This document shows, in pieces, positions 8,525 to 19,400 of a stretch of DNA of 31,576 bases. Source of the DNA: a virus (lineage: Duplodnaviria > Caudoviricetes); the IMG/VR virus record IMGVR_UViG_3300034025_000012, positions 1 through 31,576 of that record; one strand, given 5' to 3'. A program made the translations under genes and the position numbers. The first letter of the stretch is position 1; the number at the start of each line of letters is the position of its first letter. The notes under the pieces are model-generated. The model ran no database searches and was not told where the DNA came from. It saw only the letters and a program-made list of their open reading frames with translations.

Positions 8525-8935
8525 TTACAAGGAATCTGCTAGTCTGAATAAATCATCCGCTTGTGTTTCGGTCCATCCTAATCCAGTTAGAGCTAGCGTA
8601 ATAAACTCGTTATCCCGTTCAATAGATGTTGCGTATTCCCAAGCCTCTACAACCTCTTCATCTAAGGTTTCTAGGAAAGTATCAACAGTTGGCTTCAACC
8701 CCTGTTGACGGATCGCCTTACGCATCTGTAAAGGGGTTACTGAGAGAGGAACGGGGGCTTGTACAGTTATATTAATAAATGTCCGGCTTCCAATATCCCA
8801 ATCGTATAAACCATCCCAAAACCCTTCAGGTACATCTACTAGATAGTGTGTCACGTTGTTGTAATCTGGTAATGTTTCGCCTTCAATAAAAGCATGTAAC
8901 AATCCATTTTCTCTATTGACCCAACCTTGTGACAT
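8525..8935 (-). CDS. tail-fibre-associated protein (possible fibre assembly chaperone)
   Basis: Start at the TAATG overlap with the fibre stop (MSQGWVNR...); C-terminal VTPLQMRKA...WEYATSIER...DDLFRLA pattern is common in genes following tail fibres. Confidence 0.6.
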   Translation of the reverse strand: MSQGWVNRENGLLHAFIEGETLPDYNNVTHYLVDVPEGFWDGLYDWDIGSRTFINITVQAPVPLSVTPLQMRKAIRQQGLKPTVDTFLETLDEEVVEAWEYATSIERDNEFITLALTGLGWTETQADDLFRLADSL

Positions 8936-11900
8936 TATCCAAGCCTCCATGTACCAATGGCAGTACTAGTAGAACCACCAGAAGCACCACCTTTAGCAGC
9001 CCTACATTTAATAGTCCAGTTTTGATATACGCCACCCGAAATACCAGTGGCGTAATTTGAGCTAAACGCTTGTGAACCGGAACCGTTACTTGCAGTAGAA
9101 AAACTATGAATAGTTTGAACTAATGTGCCTGAACTGTTATATAGTTCTAGGAAGTGGGTGCCACTACTGGCATCATTATCTCCGGAAAGTGTTCCCACAA
9201 AGTAAAGTGTCCCAGAGGTTACAGGGATAAGGATTTCGTCACTGGCAACGTTTGTGGCAGATAAATCAATAGATGCACCGCCCCCTCCACTTCCAGAAGA
9301 ACCATCTTTAACTAGAGCAACACTAACCTTATCCGTATAAGTTGTTCCATTATCTACAATAGAAACTTCTACTGTCCAACTTGAAATACTATTGCTTGCC
9401 ATATCAGCAGCAAAACCAGAATGTGTTTCCTCCATATGGAGCGGTCCTGTACTAGACCATGCGCCTCCATTAAGAGGACCACCGCTATAAATCTGTGTTC
9501 CACTTGGACTTAAGATTCGCCATGTTGGACTTCCAGTTAAACCTTGTAGTGTTGCGTTGTAAACTACCTTAGCAGTTGGTGTTTTTGCTGTTCCACTAGA
9601 GTCGGCTGCTACTGTATTAGTGCTTGCTGTAAGTGTAATTAGTTTCGCTGAAGTACCAGCAGTTCCGTTGGCAACCTTAACAATAGAAATCTTATCACTA
9701 ACTCCGTTACAAGTTACTGTGACAATAATCCCCGCTCCTGTACTGATAGCGCTATTGAAGTTAGCGGCTGTTATCAAGAACGTCATAGCATCACCACCGA
9801 CAATATCATTACCCGATACAGCCGCTCCACCACCGCTAGCAGTAATATAAGAAGCTGCGTTTAGAACAGTACCATCACTACGTTGTAGAGAAATTGTAGT
9901 GTTGCCTGTAGTGTTCTGCCTTGTAATGGTAAAATTGATTGTTTGTGATGAAGGAGATACGGCCCCACTACCATCGTAGGTAATCGTCTGGCGATCACTA
10001 GTTAGATAGATAAGTTTTGCAGATGAACCATCAGTACCAGCTTTAGACTTACCTAGAGTAAATGCCTTATCAATAGTAACACCGGCATAAGCTCCTGATC
10101 CAGTTGCTCTGAATACTACAACAGAAGTTTCTTCACTTGCATCAAGACCACCAGAGATTGTGTAAGTGTTACCGCTAAAACCAATAGTTAAAGCTTCTGG
10201 ATTAGTTACTGTTGATAAACTGAAGCTTGATGAGATATCGGTTCCGCCCTGAGAAACCTTAAACTGTCCTGTAGCTCCGTTATAGTTTGCTACTACACCG
10301 GCACTTGAAGCAGGAACAAGATGAGCTTCGTTTGTAAGATAACCAGAATAACCCGCTGTTCCCGAGTCAACCTTAACAATACTAATTCGATCTACTAGAG
10401 TTGTCCCATCTGTTAAAGTAGCGGTGACGATAATACCGTTTGTTGCACCTCTTAAGAAATCGAAAGAAGCAACAGACATGGTACCAGTATCACCAACCAT
10501 ACCCATCCCCGGACCATCATCAGACATACCAGAGAAATGTGTATAAGCATCTTTTTGAACACCTGATAAATCATAAACATACCAAGTGACACTAGCAGTT
10601 GTATTCTGTTTTTGTGCTGTAAAGACAATGGATTGAGAACTTGGTGAAGCGACACTATTCTGATATGTTAGTGTTTGGCGATCCGAGTAGATGAGAAGGC
10701 TTTTAGCACTTACCCCGTCAACCCCGTTCTGAGCCATGGAATTAACGGTAGCCCATTCCCCACTTGCAATTGTATCTGTAGCACCAGCACCTAAAGCCGA
10801 AGCCGTAGTAATCCATAAATAACCACCGTTAGAAGCAGCCGGTACATACTGTGTCCAGCCATTATTAATTCCACTTAGAACACCTGTGCTGAATGTATAT
10901 GTTGTAGTTACAGAAGGAGCGGTTGGAGCGCTATTAGTTGTTGTTCTTTGATATAAAAATACCGTAGCAGCATTTAGACCAGCGCCACTATCAATAACGG
11001 GGCTTGCCCATTCGTTGCTAGCGATTGTGTCTGTTGTTGTGTTAGCACTAGCAGAAGCAACACTAACCCAAAGTGGGTTTCCATCGGCAGCAGGAACACC
11101 TTGAGTCCAACTGTTATTTAAGCCAGTTAGAATACCATTAGAAAATGTATAAGTGGTGCTAGCACTAGGTAGAGTTGGTGTTGTTGCTGATCTACGATAA
11201 ATGTAAACCGTAGCATTGTTCAAACCACCTAAACCATCGGAACCGGCTTTAATCTTATACACGCTTATCTTATCGAAGATTACTGTGCCGTCAGCTAGTT
11301 CACCTGTTACAATAACGCCTTGGCTAGTACCTCTGGCGCTATTAAACTGAGCCACGGTCATAGTTATGCTATCGCCGGTTGAGGCTGATAGGTAATTCGT
11401 AACCGGAGTTAGGAAGGTTGTAGGAGCATCTACAGTTGAAATCTTCCAGTTAACAGTTGCAGTTGTATTTTGTTTTTGTGCTGTAAAGGTTGTTGTCTGA
11501 TTAGCAACAGCGGCGTCGTCTTTATCGAAAGCAATTGTTTGACGGTCAGAAGAAATAATAAGTGTTTTAGCGTTAGCTCCACCCTTAGACTTAGCAAGAG
11601 TAAAGACACGGTTGATAGTGATACCATCAATACTAATAGGAATGGAAAGGGAGGCTGTATCTGCCGTCATAGCAGTTACACGGTAAGCACCTTTAACACC
11701 TGTAAAGAATTGATTAGTTGTATTGTTTACTTGACCAGTACAATTGGTGGCAGTTGGTGTACCAAATACAACCGTGCTTGTTACATCAATAGCATCAATA
11801 AAAACCTTAATTAAACCAACTGCGCCTGTGAAATCCCCACCAGTACCATCGCTAGCTGTTGGGACTGTATGAGCTTCATTGGTTAAGAAAACAGTTACGG

Positions 11901-14900
11901 CGCTGTTTCCTTCTGCCATAACGGAAACCTTAGTCATATCTGGTTCAGTACCGCTAGAGGTATGAGCAGTAGTTACAATGTAGGTAGAGCCATTGAAACT
12001 AAACATATCTCCCACGACATAGATAACACCCGCCGCCCATACGCCTCTGAAAACGTTACGGGTTGCATTAGGGTCAGTATTAATCTTTCCTAGTACGTCT
12101 AAGTGTGGGTTGGGTTCAGTGATTGAGCCAAGGATATCGCCTATGTATGCTGTATTGTCTACAGGACGATAAGGGTTTTCGCCTGTACCGGTCGGGAAAA
12201 CTTCAGTGCTAAAGATAAAACCAGTAACATCAAGCATATCGTGAACACGACGATAAGCTTTAACTGAAATCTTATAGTATTTAGAAGTATCAACACCACC
12301 TAAAACAATAGCAGTTTGTGATGGGCCAGTTACGAATATCTCTTTATGAGCGCCTGTAAAATCTGTTGTGCTAGAACTAAGAACAGTTACGTGAAAACCG
12401 TCTACATCTGCTACCAGTCCCGGCCAAGTCCACTCAAAGCTAATTTTAGCAACACCTGTTGCGCTATCTACCGTATGGTCTATAGCCGTCCCATCTGAGG
12501 CAATGGTGGGGTTTTTGACAACGATTGTAGCGTCAACGGTTGCTGACAGTACAGGGGCAGCGTTATAGTTAGCACGAAAGCCTTTGACGTTAAAGGCAAC
12601 AACCTTAATATCAACGTTTACATCATACTGTGCGCTAATCTGAATTTCGTTTGTATTTAGAACAGTCCGTTCGAAAGTATAAACAGGGGTTTGATCTACT
12701 TCATCTTTGTTAATACGAGACACATAAATATCTGCACCACCGTAATTCCTAATGTGGCCTGAAGTCCAACCTACACTTACAACAGCTTCTTCAACATCAG
12801 GACCATATTCTTGTGCTGTAATAAATCCTAGATTAATTACTTGATCTACTACGTTGTCTAATTTTACAGTTGGTTCTGGAATAACCTGTTCTGGTGGACC
12901 ATAGATAGCTTCATGGTATTCTACAAAGGTAAGCTGGCGGCTGTATAGATCATCACCGGAGATAGCACGTAATCTGAAAGGCTTCTTAACAACAGTGGAT
13001 TCACCAAACATATAGTTTGATAATGTATTAGGAATAGCACTAAAGGCAGGAGATACAGTTACAGTATTTGTAGACGTATCAATTGCAGTTACGGTACGTT
13101 CTTCAATTACATCAGTGTTCCCATTGAGGCTATCGTGTGTTACTAGGATCGTGTTCCCATCGCCAAATGTAATAGGTCTATCTAGTTGAAGTTGGGTTGT
13201 ACTAATAGCATTTTTAATCCTACCAGAAATACCCCAATCCACCATATCATGTTGGATTAAGGCCACATCACCGATAGTTAAACCAATGGACTCAATAGGA
13301 GCGCTAAAGGTGACAATACGCTTAGCTAACCGGTTCATATAAAGTTGATACCAGACTTCCTTTTGAGCTTGTTCGAAGTTATCAATTCCCATAAGGCTGT
13401 AGGCTACGGACCTTGGGATATCCCCTCTGATTTCCGCATCAGGATCAATGATACGAATTGTCTTTTGTTTGTTGCGATCATTTTTATCGTAATAAGAAAC
13501 TTCGAATTCATTAGCTCTATCCGAAAGTGGAAGGTAGCTAATTTCGAAAGTATCTTTTTCAATGTTACCTGAACCGAAAAGCATAACGGGCGTAGATGGC
13601 CTGTCGATAGCTAGGGAGAGCTTTGTACCAATTCTGGTAGGAGTTGCTCTGCCAACCTTAAATACGTCTGTAAGGGCATCCCAGAGGCTCTTAGTGGTAT
13701 CAAAAACACCGTTGAACATGAGGCCGTTAGTTGAGCAGTAAGCCGCCCAATCTATGAAGGCTTGGTAATCAATAGAAATACCGTTAGTATGGAATGCACC
13801 TCTTTCTTCACTAATGAGCATATCAAGCACAATCCAAGCTGGATTAGCAGACCAAGCTTTACTAGTTACAACCCCTGAGGAATTATAATGGTTTACCTTA
13901 ACACCCTTAACTTTCCAAGTAATATTTGGAATCTGGTTAAGTTGGTCGGTCATTAGAACACGATACCAACCTGTAGCAACTGTGCGAACAGCTACGTTAG
14001 AGGATTGAATTTCCCCTACATCACCAAGCCAAATCTCATCAGCAACCTTTTCGTCATTAGCTTCCGATGTTGTTCTTTGAACTGTAACGGTATAGATACC
14101 GCGTGGTAAGTTAGGACTGTTCCAAGTACTGCGAATAGTTTTGGTGGTGTTATTACGGAAAGACATAGTGGTAGTGGTTGTTCCACCGCCAGCCAAGGTA
14201 TAGGAAATTTGTAGTGTAACTTGTCTGGTTTTCTTCTTGCCTTTATCATCGTACTCAACAAGACCCCTAGGAAGATACACATTTAACTGTAGAGCATCTA
14301 CAGCGGTAGTTGTTGTATGAGAGGTTGTAGCAGTACTAAGTTTTAAGCCTTTGCTTATTTGAGAAATAGAACGGCCAAAGTACTGATTAACTGTCTCGGT
14401 CTTTGTACCTAGAGTAGTACCGTAGAGTAAGTCCTTATAAGTATCAATTGGTTGTTCGTTAACTTCAATTTCGCTTACGCTGTCGATTTCACCGTCTGAA
14501 AGAATACAACGACCATAAAGATATTGCTGATCCCCCGCATTCTCTGTAAACACATCTACATAGTTACCCGCAACTCTATATTCACCGTACACTACAGGAA
14601 GTGGTACGCCTTCTTTAGCGGTATTCTTAGCCCCATCATAACCGTAGTTCGTACCGTCCGTTTCGGTATCCATCTTAGGCATCTTAGGAGGTAGAAGAGT
14701 ATTAACAAGGAAACCACCAACAAGGACGGCAGTAGCAATAGCGGCTGCGGAGGCGGCAGCGCCATAAGCAATAAAGAATGCTGAACCGGGGCCTAGTAGA
14801 AGCGTAGCGCCAACAACAATAGCAACTAGAGCAACAATGCGAAGGATATCCTTAGCACTACCGCCCCTAGGAATAACCACTAGGGAGATTGCATCCCCTG

Positions 14901-15111
14901 CGGCAGGAATAGTTGTAGTGATTTCTTCCCATTTAACAGGAACACCATTAAGCCCCACCATCCAGTCACAGTTAGTAGGAAGTCCGTCTAAATAATGAGC
15001 TAGGCTTTTACCTTCTTGATAAACGAGTTCATCCTTCTGGATATCAGTAGGATCGAAGGCGTTATAAATAACACCTACCTTAATTACCTGTTCTAATTCT
15101 AAGACTTCCAT
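8935..15111 (-). CDS. central tail-tip / host-specificity protein (lambda I + J-like fusion) with long modular C-terminal fibre
   Basis: N-terminal ubiquitin-like part and hydrophobic stretch (gpI-like), then GVPLPVVYGEYRVAG, LSDGEI, WSANPAWIVLDML, FNGVFD, GDVALIQHD (gpJ-like), FN3-like segments and repeated Thr/Ser/Gly-rich beta modules. Confidence 0.88.
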   Translation of the reverse strand: MEVLELEQVIKVGVIYNAFDPTDIQKDELVYQEGKSLAHYLDGLPTNCDWMVGLNGVPVKWEEITTTIPAAGDAISLVVIPRGGSAKDILRIVALVAIVVGATLLLGPGSAFFIAYGAAASAAAIATAVLVGGFLVNTLLPPKMPKMDTETDGTNYGYDGAKNTAKEGVPLPVVYGEYRVAGNYVDVFTENAGDQQYLYGRCILSDGEIDSVSEIEVNEQPIDTYKDLLYGTTLGTKTETVNQYFGRSISQISKGLKLSTATTSHTTTTAVDALQLNVYLPRGLVEYDDKGKKKTRQVTLQISYTLAGGGTTTTTMSFRNNTTKTIRSTWNSPNLPRGIYTVTVQRTTSEANDEKVADEIWLGDVGEIQSSNVAVRTVATGWYRVLMTDQLNQIPNITWKVKGVKVNHYNSSGVVTSKAWSANPAWIVLDMLISEERGAFHTNGISIDYQAFIDWAAYCSTNGLMFNGVFDTTKSLWDALTDVFKVGRATPTRIGTKLSLAIDRPSTPVMLFGSGNIEKDTFEISYLPLSDRANEFEVSYYDKNDRNKQKTIRIIDPDAEIRGDIPRSVAYSLMGIDNFEQAQKEVWYQLYMNRLAKRIVTFSAPIESIGLTIGDVALIQHDMVDWGISGRIKNAISTTQLQLDRPITFGDGNTILVTHDSLNGNTDVIEERTVTAIDTSTNTVTVSPAFSAIPNTLSNYMFGESTVVKKPFRLRAISGDDLYSRQLTFVEYHEAIYGPPEQVIPEPTVKLDNVVDQVINLGFITAQEYGPDVEEAVVSVGWTSGHIRNYGGADIYVSRINKDEVDQTPVYTFERTVLNTNEIQISAQYDVNVDIKVVAFNVKGFRANYNAAPVLSATVDATIVVKNPTIASDGTAIDHTVDSATGVAKISFEWTWPGLVADVDGFHVTVLSSSTTDFTGAHKEIFVTGPSQTAIVLGGVDTSKYYKISVKAYRRVHDMLDVTGFIFSTEVFPTGTGENPYRPVDNTAYIGDILGSITEPNPHLDVLGKINTDPNATRNVFRGVWAAGVIYVVGDMFSFNGSTYIVTTAHTSSGTEPDMTKVSVMAEGNSAVTVFLTNEAHTVPTASDGTGGDFTGAVGLIKVFIDAIDVTSTVVFGTPTATNCTGQVNNTTNQFFTGVKGAYRVTAMTADTASLSIPISIDGITINRVFTLAKSKGGANAKTLIISSDRQTIAFDKDDAAVANQTTTFTAQKQNTTATVNWKISTVDAPTTFLTPVTNYLSASTGDSITMTVAQFNSARGTSQGVIVTGELADGTVIFDKISVYKIKAGSDGLGGLNNATVYIYRRSATTPTLPSASTTYTFSNGILTGLNNSWTQGVPAADGNPLWVSVASASANTTTDTIASNEWASPVIDSGAGLNAATVFLYQRTTTNSAPTAPSVTTTYTFSTGVLSGINNGWTQYVPAASNGGYLWITTASALGAGATDTIASGEWATVNSMAQNGVDGVSAKSLLIYSDRQTLTYQNSVASPSSQSIVFTAQKQNTTASVTWYVYDLSGVQKDAYTHFSGMSDDGPGMGMVGDTGTMSVASFDFLRGATNGIIVTATLTDGTTLVDRISIVKVDSGTAGYSGYLTNEAHLVPASSAGVVANYNGATGQFKVSQGGTDISSSFSLSTVTNPEALTIGFSGNTYTISGGLDASEETSVVVFRATGSGAYAGVTIDKAFTLGKSKAGTDGSSAKLIYLTSDRQTITYDGSGAVSPSSQTINFTITRQNTTGNTTISLQRSDGTVLNAASYITASGGGAAVSGNDIVGGDAMTFLITAANFNSAISTGAGIIVTVTCNGVSDKISIVKVANGTAGTSAKLITLTASTNTVAADSSGTAKTPTAKVVYNATLQGLTGSPTWRILSPSGTQIYSGGPLNGGAWSSTGPLHMEETHSGFAADMASNSISSWTVEVSIVDNGTTYTDKVSVALVKDGSSGSGGGGASIDLSATNVASDEILIPVTSGTLYFVGTLSGDNDASSGTHFLELYNSSGTLVQTIHSFSTASNGSGSQAFSSNYATGISGGVYQNWTIKCRAAKGGASGGSTSTAIGTWRLG
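9300..11895 (-). repeat. intragenic protein-level repeats of three module types in the tail fibre (approximate boundaries)
   Basis: Module A (LTNEAH...FTL.KSK.G) x2, module B (AK.L...SDRQT...DKIS..K...G..G) x4, module C (GLN.ATV..Y.R...TTYTFS.G.L.G.NN.WTQ.VPAA...DTIAS.EWA) x2. Confidence 0.85.
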
Positions 15112-15476
15112 TTATATGTACCTAAAATCCTGTTTTTCCATGAGAAGCGAAGTGGTTCGATTACGACCCCTCCTGTTCCTTCCCATGTGTGTATCATTCT
15201 GTCGTTTCCTAGGTAGTAACCAACATGGCAACCATATCCTAGAACATTAAATACTATTACACTACCTTCTTCTAATTCGCAAGGTTCCCATTTAAGCTTT
15301 TCTGCTTCGACTAGATTAGCTATTTGGGGAAGGAAGGTGGGGGAAATTACATCTGGTATTTCAATGTTGTGTAATTCTTTATATAGTAACATAACCAAAC
15401 CATAACAGTCTAGTTTATTCCTATCTCTCCCGCCGTAACGGAAAGGAATCCCTAAATAATCAGATAAATCTAACAT
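15099..15476 (-). CDS. NlpC/P60-family tail-tip protein (gpK-like)
   Basis: YLGIPFRYGGRD...DCYGLV, HVGYYLG, MIH catalytic motifs; lies between L-like and J-like genes. Confidence 0.9.
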   Translation of the reverse strand: MLDLSDYLGIPFRYGGRDRNKLDCYGLVMLLYKELHNIEIPDVISPTFLPQIANLVEAEKLKWEPCELEEGSVIVFNVLGYGCHVGYYLGNDRMIHTWEGTGGVVIEPLRFSWKNRILGTYKWKS

Positions 15477-16093
15477 TAGAAGAGTTCGTTAATGCCGGGG
15501 AAACCGCCGAAGTTAATCTCATTACCCTTGGCAATACAACCATTAACGCCCGTTCTAGAATAGCTACAAGTTGCATCAGGTCCGGCATACTGACAACGTG
15601 GACCTTTGAAGGTTTTAAAGCAGCGGTCTTTAAATTGGCGGTGTCTAGGAAAGCGTTGGGAAACCGCACTCTCTACACCTAATTCAAGAGTAGAAACATA
15701 ACCCGAAATCCTGCTAGATGTAACGACGAATGTTTCATCTAATTCAGCGGGAGAACCAAGTGAGGCAGAATTGACAACAAGCATTCTAACTTTGTTACGT
15801 ACAAGACCATCGTAGGCGTCAATGTACTGTGCTAGTGCTTTAGTTTGATCCTGTGCGGTTAGAGTGATTGAAGGCTCTTGGTTTGTTTCAAGCTTAATAT
15901 CTAACTCGAAGTTAGAAGCTGTAAAAAGTTCTCCATCAAAAGTAATATTCTCGCTATTCTTACAGAAACGGATAGTACTTACTGCATTGCCATCACTGTC
16001 TTGTACATATACTTCAATAAGAACAAGAAAGACGTTTTCAGAGGTAATCTTATTCTTATCAATTACTGCCGCAATACTTAATTTATTAGCCAT
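15476..16093 (-). CDS. minor tail protein (gpL-like, C-terminal four-Cys cluster)
   Basis: RCFKTFKGPRCQYAG...CSYS...GC...NFGGFPG; synteny. Confidence 0.85.
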   Translation of the reverse strand: MANKLSIAAVIDKNKITSENVFLVLIEVYVQDSDGNAVSTIRFCKNSENITFDGELFTASNFELDIKLETNQEPSITLTAQDQTKALAQYIDAYDGLVRNKVRMLVVNSASLGSPAELDETFVVTSSRISGYVSTLELGVESAVSQRFPRHRQFKDRCFKTFKGPRCQYAGPDATCSYSRTGVNGCIAKGNEINFGGFPGINELF

Positions 16094-16470
16094 TAAACTT
16101 CTTCAATCTTTACATCTATATTCCAGCGAGCATTAGCACCATAACCCACATATTTAAATTCCATCTTTCCCATGAAACGAGCATTAACAGTTTCCTTAGC
16201 TCCACCTGATATATTGGGAACCGGCACAGTGTAGGTGAATGCCTTGAAGGTGCCGTGGTCATTAAAGAAGGCTTCTAATAAAAGCTTGTCTGCATTGCTT
16301 ACATCTGTAAAGCCAGTAGCCCATGTGCGCCTTGGGTTTCTCGTATGTCTTGGTCGGGTGATTATATAACCACCTTCCATTTCTGAACGAATACCTACAT
16401 CTTCTACTTCAAAACCATACTTAGCTGAGTCTTCCTTACCTACTAAGGAAGCAATTGGAAAGGTTGCCAT
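16093..16470 (-). CDS. distal tail protein (gpM-like)
   Basis: Directly after tape measure; SEMEGGY...RPR, LEAFF..HG..KAF.Y, C-terminal EEV. Confidence 0.8.
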   Translation of the reverse strand: MATFPIASLVGKEDSAKYGFEVEDVGIRSEMEGGYIITRPRHTRNPRRTWATGFTDVSNADKLLLEAFFNDHGTFKAFTYTVPVPNISGGAKETVNARFMGKMEFKYVGYGANARWNIDVKIEEV

Positions 16471-16471
16471 T

Positions 16472-19400
16472 TTATCTCCTACCTAATGCATCACGAACAG
16501 GACCGGGACGAGTCATTTTCTTAAGAATAATGTTCTCTACCCACTTTTCACCATCAAACGTTGGTTGCTTTCGTTCGACTTCTGCATCAGTACCAGTCTG
16601 GTTTATCACATTAACTTGCACATTGGAAGCCTGTTGTTTATTTCCAATAGTTTTCATTTGATCTTGGGTAAATACACCTTCACCCTTTTCAGCGATAATA
16701 GGAACTTCGTTAGGCTTTAATCCAACTATACCGCCTGTATGGTAACGTTGTGCGAAGTTAAACATACCGCTTGCAACAGCACGTGACATACCGCCAGCAC
16801 CACCAACAATACCGCCAGTGTGAAGTACTGGCGTAGTAACACTACTCATACTTTCTACCCCTGTATTTACAACAGGACCGGTACTTGAAGCCATACCAAT
16901 TGCGGCAAGGATAGCTCTTGCGATCATTGCACGAATGATAATTTTAGCAATATCCTTAAGAAGAGACATTGCAAAATCTTTGAAGGCAAATTTACCTTCA
17001 GCAAGTTTATCAATAAAGCTGTCTAAAGAACTAACCAGAGCGTCCTGAATTTTAGGCTTCATATCAGCGGCTTCTCTAGCCCAAGCTGCGAACGGTCCCT
17101 GCCGTCTCTCTTCGTTCTGTTTCCGTAGTGTTTCTAAATAGGCATATAGGTCTTGCGCCATCTTAGCTTCTTGGGCGTTAGACATATCAAGCAATGCAAT
17201 ACGTGCTGTAACTCGTTCTACGTCTTTTTTATAGAAATACTCTCTACGCTCATCCTCAGTCATAAGAGTCGTTAGAATATCTTCATGGGCCTTCTTTACA
17301 TCACCAACATACTCAGCCAGTAGTTCCCTACGCTTTTCGTTAACAGCGTTGTCCATCTGATCCCGGTACTGTTTAGTATATGTAGTACCTAGTGCGGCGT
17401 CTAACTCGGCAGCTAATTCAATTTCTTTTCTGTAGCGATCCTGAAGTTTATTCTTATATACATCTAGTGAAGTAATTAAACTATCATAGCCTTGTGCTTG
17501 TTCTTCGATTGCATCGACAGCATTAGCCGCGTTTTCCGCAGTTTCACCTTGAAGGTCTTTAAGACCATCGTTAACTCTACCCTGCTTCTTTAGAATTTTG
17601 TTAGCGTCTCTCAAACCAGCAATACGTTCCCTAAGTGCGACTTCCGATTTAAGAGCGTCTGCTACCTTTTGGGCTTTCTCTTCAGCATCCCAACTGTCAA
17701 ATTCACCATCAATATTCTCTAATTCATGGCGCATTTCTTCACCCGCAACCGTAAGCGTAACAAAGCGGTTACGTAGACCATCTAAACCATCCGATTTAGG
17801 TTCTTTCTCTTTCTTTTCTTTATTTTTACCCTTAGTAAAAGCGTTAGGATCAAAAGAGCCTTCATTTAAGCTTTTGTCTGACTGGATTTCCGCTTCTAAC
17901 TGTTGTTTTGCGTTACGCGCGGCTTGGGCTCTAGCAGGATCGGATTTCGCATACATTTTTTCAGTCTTATCAAGAAGACCAAGCATATGCTCTTGCCGCT
18001 TCAACTTACCTTCATCGTAAGCCCTTCTTGCAGCATCCCGCTCTTTCTGAATTTTTTCAATCTCAGCGCCTTTAGTGACGCCCTTCTTAGCAAGCTCTGT
18101 TTCTCTTGCATCAAGTTCTGCTACTTTGTCTAGATACGTTGTACGATACTTCCTAAGGACACCTTGGGCTCTTTGACCGTATCTAGCTTCTAGTTGTGAA
18201 ATAGTCTGATCTGAAGCGTCTTTGTAGAAACGATTGGATTGTTCTACCCAAACCCTACCTTGTTTTTGTAGACGTTGTTGTTCTGCGTTATTACGTTCAA
18301 TTTGTCCTTTTAGAGCCGCAGGAATTTCTCGTCCTGCTCTCTTGTAAAGTGCAACTCTCCTGTCTAAATCTGCCTTTTGTTCTCTCCAAGTAGCCGCTTC
18401 TTGGTTATGTTTATTAATTCCTGCTTTAAGGTCTTTTTCTTCTAGAACACCACCATTTTGATTTGCTCTTTCAGCTTGTGCTACACGTGCTTTTGCTTGA
18501 GCCTGTGCGTTAAGCGCATCAACAAGTCTATATACCAAATAAGAAGCTGCAATAGCAGCAGCACCAACCAAAGTAAATCTAGCAGCAAGTAATCCCATCT
18601 GTGCGATAGTAATTCTACCAGCAACATTAGCTACACCTAATGCAGTAGCTAACGCTCTTACACCCGCAGTTGTTCGCATTGTAGCGGCACCAGCAGCAGC
18701 ACTACCCACTGTGAAAGCCTTAAACATTACGATAGCTCTACTACCACCAACAATTAAAGTTGTAAAAGCAGTTAGGAGAAGCTTAATAGCTCCATAGACC
18801 TGTTTACCAGCCCACATAGTAAAGAAAATCTTAGCGGCAGAAATAATAGTATCACGCCACGCATAAACAAACTTAATTAGATTAGCAAAACCACGTACAA
18901 CTGTTCCTAATCCAGTCATAACATCATTAGCAAACTGTACTCCCTTAGCAGAGCTAAAGAAGCGTTCTAGGTCAACTAGCTGTGATTTGAGGGTTTGGAA
19001 GAGGCCACCTTTGTTATCTTTATTGATACTGATTACGAACTTCGAATACGCTGTAATAAGACGCGCCATAAGGCCATCCCAAGTATTCATCATCTGTTCG
19101 GAAGCGCCACCATGAACACGATTCATTTCCGCTAACATCTTCTGAAGTGCTGGCTTAGCAACAACCGTACCTTTACTAACAGCATCCACGAAATCATTCA
19201 TCGTCATATTCATAGCGTTAGCCATAAGCTTCATAGCATCTGGAACAGCTTCACCTAGTTGCTGGCGAAGTTCTTCCATTGAAACAACACCCTTACCGGC
19301 CATCTGTTGAATAGCTACCGAAGCTCGTTTAAGTTGTTCACTAGAACCACCGAAAGCAGCCACAGAGTCAACAAGAGCTTTCATAGAGCCGTTAGTGGGA

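Noticed and set aside
8935-11895. Diversity-generating retroelement or invertible cassette acting on the fibre repeats
   Set aside because: Repeats are diverged at all base types, lie in frame within one gene, and no reverse transcriptase or invertase is present in the window.
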